From Lama guanicoe (taxonomy: Eukaryota): DNA of 64,000 nt. The stretch's first letter is position 1. Every line of letters starts with the position of its first letter. The DNA lies in contig MU053472.1 of the NCBI GenBank assembly GCA_013239625.1, forward strand, positions 1,054,001-1,118,000. Direction: 5' to 3'. Under the pieces are notes generated by a model. The model saw only the letters and a program-made list of their open reading frames with translations. It searched no databases and was not told where the DNA came from. Made by a program: the position numbers and the translations under genes. Below, piece by piece: positions 37,246 through 50,084 of this stretch.

Positions 37246-37338
37246 CGTGAGGGTGTCGTCTATGTAGAGGGGAATCTGCCTCCTCTCGAAGGGAAACTCC
37301 TCCTCCCCGTCCCTGCACACTGCCACCAGTCGCGCCAT
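37246..37338 (-). CDS. GGNBP2: GGNBP2 first coding exon (exon 2; acceptor at 37444)
   Basis: acgATGG strong Kozak context; MARLVAVCRDGEEEFPFERRQIPLYIDDTLT|gtgagc; GGC/AGC-repeat 5' UTR after ttgcag|. Confidence 0.96.
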
Positions 37339-37635
37339 CGTCCCCGACGCTGCCGTTGCCACCGTCACCACCTCCTCCCAGCTGCTGCTGCCGCCGCCGC
37401 CGCTGCTCCTGCCGCTGCCGCTGCCGCCTCCTCCCAGCTCCTGCCTGCAACAGCCAAACCCCGCGAGCGTAAGCACTCGCCGCCGCGCAGCACATTCGCC
37501 ACGGGGGGGAGGGAGAGGAGCAGGAGGGGACCAGAGAGCCAGGCTGCATTTCCCATCACCCGATTCCACACGCGCTCAGCCAATCAGCGCCGAGCAGCGC
37601 CGGGACCCGCCACTTCGCGCCGCTCTCCCTAGATC

Positions 37636-37682
37636 NNNNNNNNNNNNNNNNNNNNNNNNNNNNNNNNNNNNNNNNNNNNNNN
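37636..37682. other. Assembly gap (47 N)
   Basis: Run of n in GC-rich GGNBP2 intron 1. Confidence 1.
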
Positions 37683-37991
37683 CCCGCCGGCCTCCAGTCA
37701 GGGTCCAAAGGAGAGGCGGAAGGGATCTGCCGGCCCCGGGGCTTCCCCAGCCCGTCAGCGGAGTCCCGGCTCTAGGACCCCACCCCTGGCCTCCGCTCAA
37801 TGCCCGCAGCCCGCTGCCCGCCGCCTGGGAGACCTCAGCCCCCAGCTGACCCCTTCTCCCCCTTTGAGGGCGCGCCCCGCCCAGTCGGTCCCCTAGGCTG
37901 CGGTTGCCCAGCACGACCCCGCCCCTGGGAGGGGTCGACCCCGCCTCGGCTCTGCGGAGTCCTTGGTGGGCGGCTCAGATCCATTCCTCAC

Positions 37992-38200
37992 CCTTCTCTG
38001 AGGAGGCCTCCCGGTTCTGACCTTCACCGTTTTCGTGGTCGCCTCCCTGACCCCCACCTCGACTCCCCGTTACCGGCTGACGAGGCCCGCGTCAGGGCCG
38101 GCCTGGGCGGGAGCGCGGCTTCGAATGTCGTTTCCTCTCCAGGCTCAGTCAGCCGCTCGCGCCACGGGCAGTGGGGGAGGACCGCAGCTTCGCCTCTTTC
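37992..38200 (-). other. GGNBP2: GGNBP2 non-coding exon 1 (transcription start uncertain)
   Basis: Donor GAGAAGG|gtgagg at 37992/37991 inside the CpG island. Confidence 0.6.
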
Positions 38201-39651
38201 GAAACCCTACCAGTGGGGGTGGGGTGGGGTGCTCCTTTGCTTCCTTCAACGCGTGACCTGCGCCCTCCGCAGAGTCTAGCTACTCAGATAAGTCCTAAAT
38301 AGGGATGCTAGGAGGAGTGAGTAGGCCTAACCTCAGTCCCTCGCTGCGATGGCCTGCAAACCGCTTTCCCGAGGGCCGAAGGGAGCCGAGCCAAGCTGAC
38401 TCAGGACCTACCCGAGTGTCGGGGCCCAGTGAGGACCTGGGTAAGTGGGGAGGAGCTGAGGCTTTCCAAGTCAGTGAGGGAAGGGGAGATGAGCATTTGG
38501 GGGCTGAGACAAACTCGGCTTGGTTTCAGGTCCTTGACGCGACTTTCCCTGACCCCCTGATTCACCAGGAGCCAGACGCACCACCGCTTCGCAAACAGAC
38601 TCTAGTCGATACCCCGCCGAGGGGTCCAAAAATATTTTAAGTGCTGACAGTTTTTTGTTGTCATTGTTACACTAGTGACAAATAGCAGACTATGCGGAGA
38701 GTGGCTTGTGTATGCGTCCTGGAAACTTCTTGAGCTAGGTTAATATTAACTTAGAGACTCAGACAGGACACCGATTCCCTTGGGCAAAGTACTGGTACTG
38801 GCCAAAGGCCCTTCCCTCTGACCCTGTCCTGAGAAGCGGAGCTGCTGTCAGGACAAATCCATGTATTCTCTATGTGCCACCATGTACTCGGTTCCTACTT
38901 TGAAGGCTTTGGAGGCCTGCTTGTAAAGCCAAAATAATTGTTAGAAAGTATTTTGCCCTAAGAAAGTCTTGACGATTTTAAGGATCAATCTATTTGCTGC
39001 TCTTACAACTAATCCTGATGACAGATCTGTATTTCCTTGTAGAATAGGCTAGAACTGTGATACTGACCTTTAAAAAGTATTTTGGTCATCACATGAAGTC
39101 TTAGATATTCACAAGAACAAAAAACCCCATAGTGCATCCTTAGCCATGTTGACTTATGACACTGTGTGGTCACTGTTAGGATAGGTGACATAATAAACTG
39201 GAAGAACCATTGTTCAGTCCCAAAGGTGTGATTACCCAGTAAGTGTATCTTTGGCCATGTTAGGAGAGCAGAACAGTGGAATCCTTAGCTAAAATTCAGT
39301 AAATATGTGCATGCAGGTTCTGACAGGTTAGGCTGTCAGAATATAGCCAAAATCTGGACATTTTTAGAGAATTTTGTGTTTTCTTATAAAAACACTTTTA
39401 AGAAAAAAATGAATACTATGGCTTTTAAGATCTGAAAGTACTTAAAGACTATATCAATGTACCTACTTTATACCTTTTAAACTCCTTTGGATTATGGTCA
39501 ATAAAGGACATTGAAAATGACAGGCTCAATATATAGGTGCTAAATTTAATAACTTTAATTACTGAGTACACAGTACTAGCAAAGAAAGTATTCACCCTGG
39601 AGGGTTTTAATCTAAGTTAGAAAAGGCATTAAAACCCAGATATAAAATGTA

Positions 39652-39741
39652 ACAAAGAATATATGTATGTATATGCAGGACATTGTGCTGTGTACCAGAA
39701 ATTAACACATTGTAACTGACTGTACTGCAATTGAAAAAAAA
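39652..39741 (+). mobile_element. Short L1 3' end fragment
   Basis: tgctgtgtaccagaaattaacacattgtaactgactgtactgcaatt followed by an A tail. Confidence 0.7.
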
Positions 39742-42700
39742 GTAACAAAATGAGTCCTCAACAGTGTCTTTCCATTGGAGATTACTTTCCCCATTTGTCT
39801 GATTACTTTCTCCATTTTGGATTTGTCTTTTAGGTCCACTGAGCTCACTGCTTAGTATCTTTGGACAATGTTTCACATACTATAGGTATTTAATAAGTCC
39901 TTATTGTAAGGTTGAAAAGGTAAATAATTTGCTTGATAAATCACCGTTTCTCAAGGAGCCTGGGTGCTACAAATATGATAAAAATCAGTATTTGAGGGAA
40001 AATGCTTAGAAAATTATTTTATTGCAGAACAGTTGTTACAAGTTTTAACTATGTATCTTCATTTTAGAGCCGGCACTCATTTATTTTTTCACTACTGGTC
40101 TGTCTTCAGCTATAACGCATAGTGCTGCAGGAAATATTTTGTAACTATCTGCCTTTAGAGAGCTTACCTTTCATTGACAAAAATAAGTGATTGCATAAAA
40201 GAGCCGGTTGTTACCTGTTTTTAAATTTTGATACTGGCATCGTGAAGGGCAAGACTAAAGAATTTTAAAGGCCAAGAAAGAGCAGGCAATAAACAGCAGA
40301 GGACATTTTGCTGATACCTCATAAAGAACAGTTGATGTGATGGAGATGTGATAAATTATCGGCAGAATGCCATTATTTGTCTTCTTTGACAGGTTCCTAG
40401 TGTGTGAGAAGCCAGGCACAAAAGTCAGGCATGAATGAGATATGACTATTCTCCAAGCTACCTGGATTTAAAAATGAAGAATACTGATTTACTCCATATA
40501 TTCTTATCTTCATAGACTATACATAAGTTCCTAGGGAACAAAGTATGTTTTTGTATAATTTATACCACATATTGGATGGTAGATGCTCAATAAAAATAAA
40601 ACATTGTCATCTTCTGAACACAAAAGTATTGATAGACATCCCCAGTTTATAATTGTTTAAAATTAAAGTCATGGGAATGAGTCATTTTCTGAGGGTCATA
40701 GCCAGGATAAGGTCCTAGAGTATAGTCTTCCTTTCTCTCTTTCTCCCTCCCTTCCCTTTCTGTCCTCAAAAATGGATAGTTGAAAAGAAAATTAGTTAAT
40801 CAGAATACCTACTGTTGTTTTAACTATAATTTAATTATAATAACCACGTTGTCATATGTGGCAATAAAATCGGCAGCAGAATGTTATTTAAATTACCACA
40901 AATCTGAGTATCTGTGAATTGGGTTTTCTTTTTCACAAACTGACAGTGGGAAGTTCTGTTGTATCTGTCAAAAATAGAGACACATTTTCCCCATGGAAAA
41001 TTTTTTAAAGGAAAAATAATGTCCACAAGTTAAATATAAGCCACTTGAGGGCAGGGTCTTACTTTCTGTTGTTTCCCCAGCACCCCTGTATCTGGCACAT
41101 TGGAGCACAATAAATCTTTACTGAATGATTTCTTTCTCTTTTGTAAACTAGAATCAAGTCAGAATGGTTTTTGGTTTTTTTTTTTTTTACTAATTTTTCT
41201 GTTTGTATGAATGCTATTCATTAGCTTTCTCTTACATGACTTTCATAATTGGAGGTGGAGAAAACAGCATATTTTGTTCTTAGTTATTTACAGAGACATA
41301 AACTTACTGAAAGGTACCTAAGACCTCAGACAAGAAGCAATAGACCAATTAGAAAAAATGCTCATTAAGTCATCAAATACTTTATATTACTTTCTTTTCT
41401 CTTTAATGAGAACAGTATGGCTAGAGCCTCTCAGCGCTCCTATGAATGCTTTGAACAGGTAAGTTGTGGGCTATTAGCACTGGGGCATAGTAAGCAGGAA
41501 AACCAATCACATTTCCTAGTCATGCTTAATTTACATACTGTAATCTTATTAAATTTCGAACATCTTTTTAATTGAAAGTAAAGTCCAATTTGATCTTTGT
41601 TTTTATAGTTATGTAACTATTCAGCATACTCTTTTTAGGGGGAATTTCCTTTCAATAATAGATTACCTCCAAATATAATTGATTGTAGTTAGTAAGGATA
41701 AAATGCCACATAAATACTAAATTAGCCATCATCTATGTAACAAGTTAAAGTAAACTAATTAGTATAACAGTCATGTTTAACAAATCAGGGAATAAAATAA
41801 ATTTTGAACTAATTTGGGGCAACTACTTAAAACTAACAGCAAATTTACAATTGACTGTTAGAGGAGGCTCCACCTACATGACACAGATAATCCAGATTGT
41901 TTACCAAATATGAAATTAACCTGAACACTGACCCCTGCCTACTTCTGCAATAATCAGATTTTTACTTGAAAATAGAATAGGCAGATTTTAATTTTTTCTG
42001 CCCGTTTTGAACAGTATACAAGGAACATTAGAATTGGAAACTAAGAATTTTGTAAGTTTTTTAAATCTTAGATTTTGAACAGCAGGTTCAAAGGTCTGCT
42101 TAGTTTTTAAATGACTCAAGTTCTCAGTAGGATGTTAAACCTTAATGTAGCCGTAGTTTTATTAAGTTAGACTAAGTACTTGATGACATTCTCATTGTTT
42201 CTCTTTTCCCCCCCGCCACCAAAACTCCTCATCCCATCCAGCTGTATCCCCCCTCCCCCCTAAAAAAGCCATCTGTGGGGAAAACTTTCTTGACTCTCCT
42301 GTAAAGTTGGTTCTTGATTATAACAGTTGTTTAATGTGTTTTCCCCATTAGATTGCAAGCTGCGAGACATCAGGAAACTTTTGCATATCATCCCTAGCAG
42401 AGAGTAGGCTAAAAAAATGGATTATTTAGTCTCAAGGCAAAAAAAAAGTCTCATAATTAGTGTGTAAACCACAACATACAATTCAGTCTATTCTTTGGAG
42501 CATTTAACTGTTTTCTGACTTTATAAGTATTTGATTTTAAACTTGTGCTTTCTTATACTGAGGCTTTTTTAAAAGATTAAAATTGAGCAGTAGTGTTGAC
42601 AATCCCAAAGCTGAGGTATTTTACTGTAAATACTATAAAATACAATAAAAAATACAGAATGGTAATAGGTGATATAAGACAAAGTAAAAATCCTCTCTAC

Positions 42701-42981
42701 CTTCCAATCTTCCAGTGGCACAAATGTAAACACAAGTTTCTTTAAAATACTGAAATTTATAAATATTCTAACAAGTCACGAGGCTTTGTTTCTTTATGGA
42801 TTTGTTTCATATAGTGTTGAGATTCATTTAGAATATTAAGTATCACAACTGTTAGAGTAGGAATGAAACATTTATAATACAATAAGTTAACATTTCATTG
42901 CCAAAGCCCATTTTCTTCATATTTTATATTTATTCTTCCTCATTAAAATAATATTTTCAAAACATATCCAACACCTATTGA

Positions 42982-44490
42982 TCACCAATATTTTATAGTC
43001 TTATCTTGCAAGTGTAGCACATATATAATTAAGCAGTTGGTAAACATATAGAGATTGAGCACAAAAAAGGCCCACAAGTTACTGCTGTGTAAGGTATCTA
43101 CAGACAGGTTGATTAGGCCAGTTGTTACATTTGACAGCAAGAAAAAAATCAGCTGGTTTCTGTTCATTGCTGTGATTAAACAAAGAGTGGGTTTCTTTCC
43201 TTCAGGTTCAGAGACTAGAGATTCTGAATGCTTTTTATCTGTAGCAGGTGAATGGATAAGTTTCCAAGAACATGGTACTGCTGCACCTTTAACTAGAAAC
43301 TTGGCAAAACTCAAAATTATATCACCCAGTAATAAACTGCTAAGAAGGATCAGGCAAGAAGCAACTATCCAAATACAAAAGGCTAAATTGGCCATTCTTC
43401 GGGATGCCACTTCCACATTTACCTGAATGATGTAAAGAAAGATGAAGAGGACAGTAGCTGTCAGTAGAATACGATATGCTGCTTTTATCCAGTCTTTGAT
43501 ATGTGATCTTTTCTTAAGCACATATGACCCTGTTTGAACACCAGCCATGTGTATCGCCACGTACCCCAACGTAGAGATTATTCCTTCTCGGTTCGCATTT
43601 AATAAACCAACCCTTGTGCCATTGCCATCAGTGCCATACAAAATTAACCTTTTCAGGGGAGTAAAGTCAAGGGCTAGCTGGTATAATATGATAATGCTGA
43701 TGGCCACAATCCAGGATTTATTTAGGGGGAAAATAATCAAGAGCAGTGATGTTATCAACTTCACAAATATTAGGGTAAAGAAAAAGTTCCAGTGAACTCC
43801 ATACTCAGTTAAATGTTCCTGATAGTCTATGGATTTTATAATGACCAATCGTCCCATTCCTAGGAAGACTAATGGCCAAACAGAGTACAATGACCTTGTA
43901 AGATAGTAAAATCTGGACCCTTTTGTATATTTCCTCCTAACCTCTGGACAAACCATTGCAGTCCCAAAAACAAAGCCTCCTACTCCAAAATCCATTGCTC
44001 CTGTCCCATAGAGCTCGGTTTTGGCAAATCTTCTAGGAAAAAGTGGGAAGTCCACAGCCAAAATGGCAACAGCAGTAAATGCACTGTTAATTACACGGAA
44101 ACAGGAGATGGCTGGAATGTGTTCTGATTCTAGACTGACTTTCAAGAATTTCTCATGGATTTTCTTGATGGGCATTCTGGCATAGCAAGTTCTCCTGCAG
44201 TATATTTGATAGAACAGCCCTGCCCCAAAGATGATTACAGCCAGGTACTCAAGGAGGACAAATGAAGAGAAAATGGTCAAAGTGGTCACCACGGGAACTA
44301 TTATGAAAGCAAAGTCAATGAAGAATGGAGTTCTCCAGGTATGTGAAGAACATAAGTGCTGTGAGAGAATGATCAGAAGCCCTCTGCCCAGGATACAGAG
44401 TGCAGGCAAGCACAAGCCCTCGGTTACTTCAAGCACGCTTGTTCCATTGTGATTACTGACAAAAGCTTCCTTCATCTGCTTTTGAGACAT
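42982..44490 (-). CDS. PIGW: PIGW, glucosaminyl-phosphatidylinositol acyltransferase (GPI anchor biosynthesis, GWT1 family), 502 aa, single coding exon
   Basis: [17 protein letters not shown]...[30 protein letters not shown]...[17 protein letters not shown]...NANREG...SRRMANL; multi-pass hydrophobic; acceptor tag|GAAG at 44503; AATAAA at 42929-42934. Confidence 0.98.
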   Translation of the reverse strand: MSQKQMKEAFVSNHNGTSVLEVTEGLCLPALCILGRGLLIILSQHLCSSHTWRTPFFIDFAFIIVPVVTTLTIFSSFVLLEYLAVIIFGAGLFYQIYCRRTCYARMPIKKIHEKFLKVSLESEHIPAISCFRVINSAFTAVAILAVDFPLFPRRFAKTELYGTGAMDFGVGGFVFGTAMVCPEVRRKYTKGSRFYYLTRSLYSVWPLVFLGMGRLVIIKSIDYQEHLTEYGVHWNFFFTLIFVKLITSLLLIIFPLNKSWIVAISIIILYQLALDFTPLKRLILYGTDGNGTRVGLLNANREGIISTLGYVAIHMAGVQTGSYVLKKRSHIKDWIKAAYRILLTATVLFIFLYIIQVNVEVASRRMANLAFCIWIVASCLILLSSLLLGDIILSFAKFLVKGAAVPCSWKLIHSPATDKKHSESLVSEPEGKKPTLCLITAMNRNQLIFFLLSNVTTGLINLSVDTLHSSNLWAFFVLNLYMFTNCLIIYVLHLQDKTIKYW

Positions 44491-44679
44491 TTTTTTCTTC
44501 TTCCTATGTAAACAAGAGCAAAAGAATGCATTTGTGAAAAGCAATGTTTTTGTGGAATTGGCATAAATATGTACCTGAGTTGACTTTACTTATTCCTAAG
44601 TTTCAGTGCAGAATATAGGACTTGAAATTCTCCTTCTGAGGATTTAAAAAAATGTTTTTTCACTTTATTATATGTTTGT

Positions 44680-44791
44680 TTGATTTTTTGGGGGGGTAAG
44701 TTTTATTTATTTTTTTTTAATGAAGGTACTGGGGATTGAACCCCGGATCTCCTGCATGCTATGCACCCACAACCGAGCTATATTCTCCCCC
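44680..44791 (-). mobile_element. Vic-1-like SINE in the PIGW intron
   Basis: ttttaatgaaggtactggggattgaaccccggatctcctgcatgctatgca...gagctatattctccccc. Confidence 0.85.
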
Positions 44792-45399
44792 TTTAAATTT
44801 TTTTTTTTTACTTTATTGCATTTGTTTTCATTCCAAGTATTGTTGGAATAAGTCTAACACTAACACATGAGGGTAAGGATATCACACAAGTAGTATGAAA
44901 TGATCGGTTAAAAGCTTTAGCTATTCTAAAGCAGACTCACAAAAGAAAGTGAAATAGATAATGGAATCATAGTAGGACAGGAATTCCTGTTACAGAGCAT
45001 TATATATGACATGAAGATAATATAATGAAAATTTAATATACCTAACATGATTTAGAGTCAAGTCTCAAAAAGCAGCAGCGGGATAGGGAAAAACGTATTA
45101 GGTACACTTTGGAGTTGGGGGCCTTGGTTTCTATTTAGAGCCTCTCCGAACCTGTTGCCCCTAGTACAAAATCTGAGCCCCTCCAGTGATCTGAGCCCCA
45201 GGCTGCTCCTTATCTCATTTACAGGTTAAAATGTCGGTAGGTAGAATGGATGCTAATCGTAGAGTAGAGGCCCGAACGGTACATAAAAGTGTCAGTTGTT
45301 TTAAAGGGATATAAAACACCTCTCTGCTACATATGAATGTCTAAAAAGTGGCACAGAACACATTTGTTGGCCAAACGAGAACCATACTGAATAAAAGAA

Positions 45400-46800
45400 C
45401 GCATGCATGCGTGGTGGCCTTTCTGGGCCCAGCAACAATACCTCCCGGGAATAAGCCGATTCAAATCGGTTGGCCTTTAAAAGAGGCTTTTTCCTGACAG
45501 ACACAAGCGCCGGCCGCGCGGGCCCTTATACCTCACGCGCTCCTGGTGGTCTTGGCGCCCCCTCCGCACGGGGAAGTTTAAGTGGGCCGGGCCGCGGGGA
45601 TCCCACCGCACCCGCCGGCCACGCGGAAGCCAGGCGTTTCCGCCTCCGGAGCGGCGCTTCCGGCTGGCGCCCGGAGGGCTGCGCTTCCGGGACAGCTGTC
45701 CCCGCCCAGGAGGCTCCCCACGCGCGTCCTTCCCTGCCATGGGCTTGCCCAGGTTGGGTCCTCTCGGGTCGCGGCCGTGGGCAGGTCAGCCAGAGGAGCC
45801 TGAGCGGAAAAGGCGGGTCCCGAACCTCACCACTGGCCCTCAGACCCCACGGCGAGGCCCGGTCAGTGGCTGGGTCCGGGGGCCTGGTTTCCCTACTGAG
45901 CGACCCACGGCCCCGTGAGGGCCCGGAGACCCAGAAGTCCCCACTCTTGGTCCCCTTCCCCCATCTTACTCCAGGATCTCAAGATACTTTGTCCGGGATC
46001 GAGCCCCCAACTCTGGATCCCGGCGTCCCGGGCGGGCCACGTGCGCCCCGCGCCGCGAGTGTGCGCCCCGCCCCAGGGGAGGAGCCGGCGGGCTCCTGGC
46101 CATGTGGTCTGAGCCGCAGCCGGCGGGTGTGCTCCGCAATTTTCGGCTTTCTCTCCTCCGGGGCTGGCTCACGCCCTTCCCTCCGCCCTCTTCTCCCGGG
46201 CTCTTCCCGCCGCCTCACCCGGCTCGCCCGTCTGCCTTTCCAGTCGGGCCCGGCGGGGGCCGCACGCTTGGCGGCTCAAGCCGTGGGACCGGTGAGTGCC
46301 ACCTCCAGCCAGGTCCGAAGCCCTTCACGAGCACGAAGGAGCCGGAGAGGCCGGTGGGTCCCCGGAGCGCTAAGGAAGAAGGGGGAGCCTCTCCCTCCCC
46401 TTTCCGAAGCGCCGTTTCCCTTCCCTCTGCTTTTTTCTTTTTGACCCTCTCGTATCCCAGGAGGAGGTAGCCCAGCTTTTTGCCTTTTCCAGAACAAGGA
46501 CCTTTCACGGTCACTGTGCCGGCAGGGGGCGGCCCGAGGTGGGGGAGATCCTGGCCCCAGCTCCTCCATTCTCCTTACCTAGGTACCCAGGAAGGGGCAG
46601 CTGGCCCGGGGAGGCAATAGGACAACCGCGCCCTTGGCTGGGGTCACGTCCACCTTCCCGGGAAGGACAAACCCTCCCCGTGCCAGCTGCTTCCGGAGCG
46701 GCATCCCAGCCCTGGGTCCGCCGCACACCGCGCCGGACTAGGAGTGCCCGGTTCCCGCCGGTAATCTGGGGGCGAGGCCGGCAGGCCTCCCAGGACCCTT
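45400..46800. promoter_or_regulatory. PIGW / MYO19 bidirectional CpG-island promoter
   Basis: Divergent genes; CpG-rich; ETS/GABP-type GCGCTTCCGG at 45654 and 45681; candidate PIGW exon 1 donors at 45611 (GG|gtgcgg) and 45830 (TG|gtgagg); MYO19 exon 1 donor CCG|gtgagt at 46292. Confidence 0.82.
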
Positions 46801-48500
46801 ACCCTGCTCTTCTCGTCTGTCCTCTCACTGTCCTCTGAGCCGAGAAAGAACCTGAAGCTGGGGGGAAGGGGTCGGAGGGGAATGGGAGGAAGGGTGGGAG
46901 GAACTGATGATCAGGTTGCTGCTTGCCTTGCCTTGGCTAGGTGTTTCATCTATTCATTACCGTCTCCCTCCAGCCCACAGTAGTTACACCCTTCACACCC
47001 TTTCCAGAAATTCTTGGCTTGTAACCGCGAAGCCGACAGGGAGCAAGAGCTAGGAGAACTGGAGAAAACTGCTCTAATTAGTTGATTCTGGCTGGAAGTG
47101 GACCCTGCATCGTAATAAACCAACATTTGCAAAGCTCTCTCAGAGGTACTGCCACCCCATTTGATCCTTAACTCAGCGCTGTGAGGTCTGGATATTGGTA
47201 GTCCTTTTTGCAAACGAAGAAACGGAATAAGGTTTAGAGAGCTCTTGTGAACTGTGTTTTAGGGCTTGTGGGCTTTGGATTCTAACCCCACAATCTGTTA
47301 TGCTCCCCCTCTGGTCCTCTGTCTTAAATCAGTTTCCAGTTGAGGGAGCTTTGTTGGCCTTGAGTCTTGGGAACCTTTTACATGGCAGTCCCTTGTCCAG
47401 GGTGAATGTGTCCAACACAGTCCTGATTCCCTCCTCTGCCTGAATTGTCCTTTTTCCAGTTTCCATGAAAGTCCCTATCCCTGAATTCTTTCAAAGGCTA
47501 GATGTATTCAGAATCTCAAGAAAGTCTCTACCAAGGTCAGTCCATTACAGACATCCCTCGTCCTCATCCCTTCTTGTTGGGGAAGTGTGAAACCTGGGTA
47601 ATTCTGAATCTGAGAGTCACAGTTTTTCAGAGACAGGCCTAGGGCCTCACAGTACCCCCTCTCTGAAATCTTCACTTTGTTAAAATTGACACTGGACTGT
47701 TCCACCTGATTAGTGCCTCCGAATGGGTTATCCCTTCTTAGTGACAGTACCAACAATATTCTCCCTCTGAGTGAGGATTCAGATTTGTACTTTGTCAGGT
47801 ACTTTCAATCTATGACCTCATTGACCTTCACAACCTCTCCTTGTGAGGTAGCTTTTACTATCCCCATTTTCAAGATGAGGAATCAAGGTGGGCCAGGGAG
47901 ACAAGGTGGCTTACCGGTGAAGGACTGAGCTGTGATTCCCCTCCCACCCAGCAGCCTTCCTGGAACATCAGGAGTTGACTCTAGCCTCCCCGCCCCATGG
48001 ACTACTGGCTACACTAAGATAGGATATTTCTGTCTACTGGAGAGGATGGAGCATGAGGCTTCTCTGTCTTCCACAGTCCTCATCCTCCATGGCACACTGA
48101 CCCAGAAGATTTGCGGCCCCACCCCAAACCCCTGTAGTAAAAGTTGCCCTGGAGGAGCGCAGGGAGCCTCAAGGAGGCGCTCATAAAAGTTTTTCCTGCT
48201 CCCTAATTGGTAGAGGGCGGGACAAACTCTCCCTCTCTGCTGAGGCTCGCCCTGATCCTCATTTTGGTTCCTCCTGCCTGGTGGGAGGAGAGTGAGTGAG
48301 TCACCCTGGAGAAGCCCTCACCTGTGTCTGGCCTTGGTCTTCTCTCTCATGCCACAGGCTCTAGGGTGACTTGTCTCAGAGATTCCTTGAGAACTGAGCC
48401 CTTTGCTGGACCCATGCCCGAGCCTGTGCCCCCATGACCAGGTGGACAGCAGCTCCTGGTGCCTGCAACCCAGAACCCTGGCTGACCGCATTGAAGCAGG

Positions 48501-48512
48501 ATGCTCCAGCAG
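48501..48512 (+). CDS. MYO19: MYO19 first coding exon (exon 3; acceptor at 48358)
   Basis: aggATG CTC CAG CAG|gtaaag = MLQQ, in frame with the next exon VNGH. Confidence 0.85.
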
Positions 48513-50084
48513 GTAAAGTCTGCCCACCCTTAGACAACCCAGGCCCTCAAGCACCTGAAGCACCTCTGCGTCTTTCACTTGCCCAGATGAAGCTTCCACT
48601 ACCCTAACCTGGAAAGAAAGACCATTTTAAGATCTTTCTTTCTCTTTTCACACAGTCACTCCAATGCCTTTCACCTGTCACCAGGAAGCTCTTCCTGATA
48701 CCTGATTTGAATCTCTCCTATTGTGGTTTTTATCTCCTCTTCCTGGGATGTGTAAGGGCATCCTAAGGGCATTTTGGTGACCTTACAGGTCTGAACTAGT
48801 GAGGGAGCCCTGAGAGATGTCCCTTGCAGCCTGAGTTATTAAAGCAAGTGGAAGTCTGGGGCTTCCAAGAGGAGATGTTCCTTGAGGCTGAGCCTTAAAG
48901 GACAAGTAGGAGTTATCCAAGTAAAGAAGGAAAATAAGCAGTCCAGGCAAAGAGATCAGCCTGTGCAAAAATGTGGAAGCTGACCTATGTGGAAATACGC
49001 AAGGATTCCACTGAATGGATCATGGGGTGCATGGGGGGTTGCTACTGGGACATGAAACCTGCCCTTACTCCAGACCTCTGCCCCTCTGGAAAGTCTCCTA
49101 TGGCCCCAGGCCTGCAGGATTCCAAATCACCCTCTACTGTGGAGCTGCATCTCATACCCATATCATCCTTCACATGCAGCTCTTGGCCCCAAGAGAAAAC
49201 CAGGAGATACTTGCTGAGTTTTTATTTATTGAGTGTTCCCCCTGGCGCTGAGGCAGATGTTTCAGATGATAACCTGCCCTCAAGGAACTCACGGTCTAGG
49301 GGAGAAGGCAGGTAAGACAGGATGACTGAGTGTGAGGTCATCCAGCCTCAAGGGAGCCACGGTCAACACTGCTGCGTGACCTTCTCCCCGCCTTTTGGCT
49401 CGTGAAACAGGCTAGAGGCTGGAGAGAAGCAAACAGGGCAGTTGTCTGCTCTGGGCTTTTTTATTATCCATTTTTAGTTTATTTCTTTTCTTATGAAAAA
49501 AGCAGTAGTTTTCATCATAAGTGTTCTAGCAGCTGCTCCATGTTGAGCCCTGCTATGTAGTAGGCATTATATTAATCATTTTACACGTATAGCTTTGTTT
49601 AGTCCTTGAGAAAGATACAGCGTTGTATGTGCAGTGCGGCTACGTTCCCATTTCGGAGATAAGGCTCAGAGAAGTTAAGTGACTTATTCAAGGTCACATT
49701 CATCATAAGCAATGTGGAAAATATAAATAAGCAAAAAGAACATTAAAATTACCCATGATTGTACTACCCAGAGATAACCAACGTTTTAGAGAATATCCTA
49801 GATCTTTTTCTCTAAATGTGTATTTTTAAAACATTTAAAGATACTTTTTGTAACTGCTTTATTCTATAGTAAGAATGTACTATAATTTAAGCCACTGTTT
49901 GGACATTTGGGTTGTTTTCAATTGTTCTACAATTATAAGTGTTTCTATGTACAGTGAACATTCTTATGGCCATTACACAGGATTATTTTCTAGAAGCAGA
50001 ATTGCAGGTTGAAAGCACATATAGTTTTAAGGCCCTTGATATATTATTGTCTAATTAGAAGAGCTGCTTTTAATAGAATAACTA

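Larger units (their letters stand above)
8135..38200 (-). other. GGNBP2: GGNBP2 (gametogenetin-binding protein 2 / ZNF403) gene span; 14 exons; core CDS 2091 nt = 696 aa plus stop
   Basis: 13 coding exons join in frame (93+81+254+99+114+204+175+195+148+126+149+249+204 nt); transcript ends are approximate. Confidence 0.93.
36940..38620 (-). promoter_or_regulatory. GGNBP2 CpG island / promoter, with a CCAAT box (gccaatcag, 37579-37587) in intron 1
   Basis: GC- and CpG-rich over exons 1-2; inverted TGACG/CGTCA half-sites at about 38078-38094. Confidence 0.8.

Noticed and set aside
39318..39341. Perfect 9-bp hairpin ttctgacag-gttagg-ctgtcagaa
   Set aside because: Too short for a pre-miRNA and plausible by chance in 64 kb
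14349..39820. Short tandem duplications (aacaggattaaaaa at about 14350, aattcctgatga at about 16760, aggataaacttt at about 32494, gattactttc.ccattt at about 39780)
   Set aside because: Two-copy slippage duplications with no spacer array; not CRISPR-like and no functional evidence
40000..42900. AT-rich, repeat-poor interval between the PIGW 3' end and the GGNBP2 promoter, with extra AATAAA sites
   Set aside because: Could hold an extended UTR or enhancers, but I found no ORF, RNA-gene motif or structure; conservation data would be needed
43055..44452. Plus-strand ORFs antisense to PIGW
   Set aside because: Typical antisense shadows of a long CDS; no promoter or splice support
44491..44544. 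18-aa N-terminal extension of PIGW in the ORF track (520 aa)
   Set aside because: It crosses the splice acceptor at 44504 into intron; the real start is the ATG at 44490
45470..46838. 324-aa and other ORFs across the PIGW/MYO19 promoter
   Set aside because: GC-rich shadow ORFs, often with non-ATG starts and no recognisable domain
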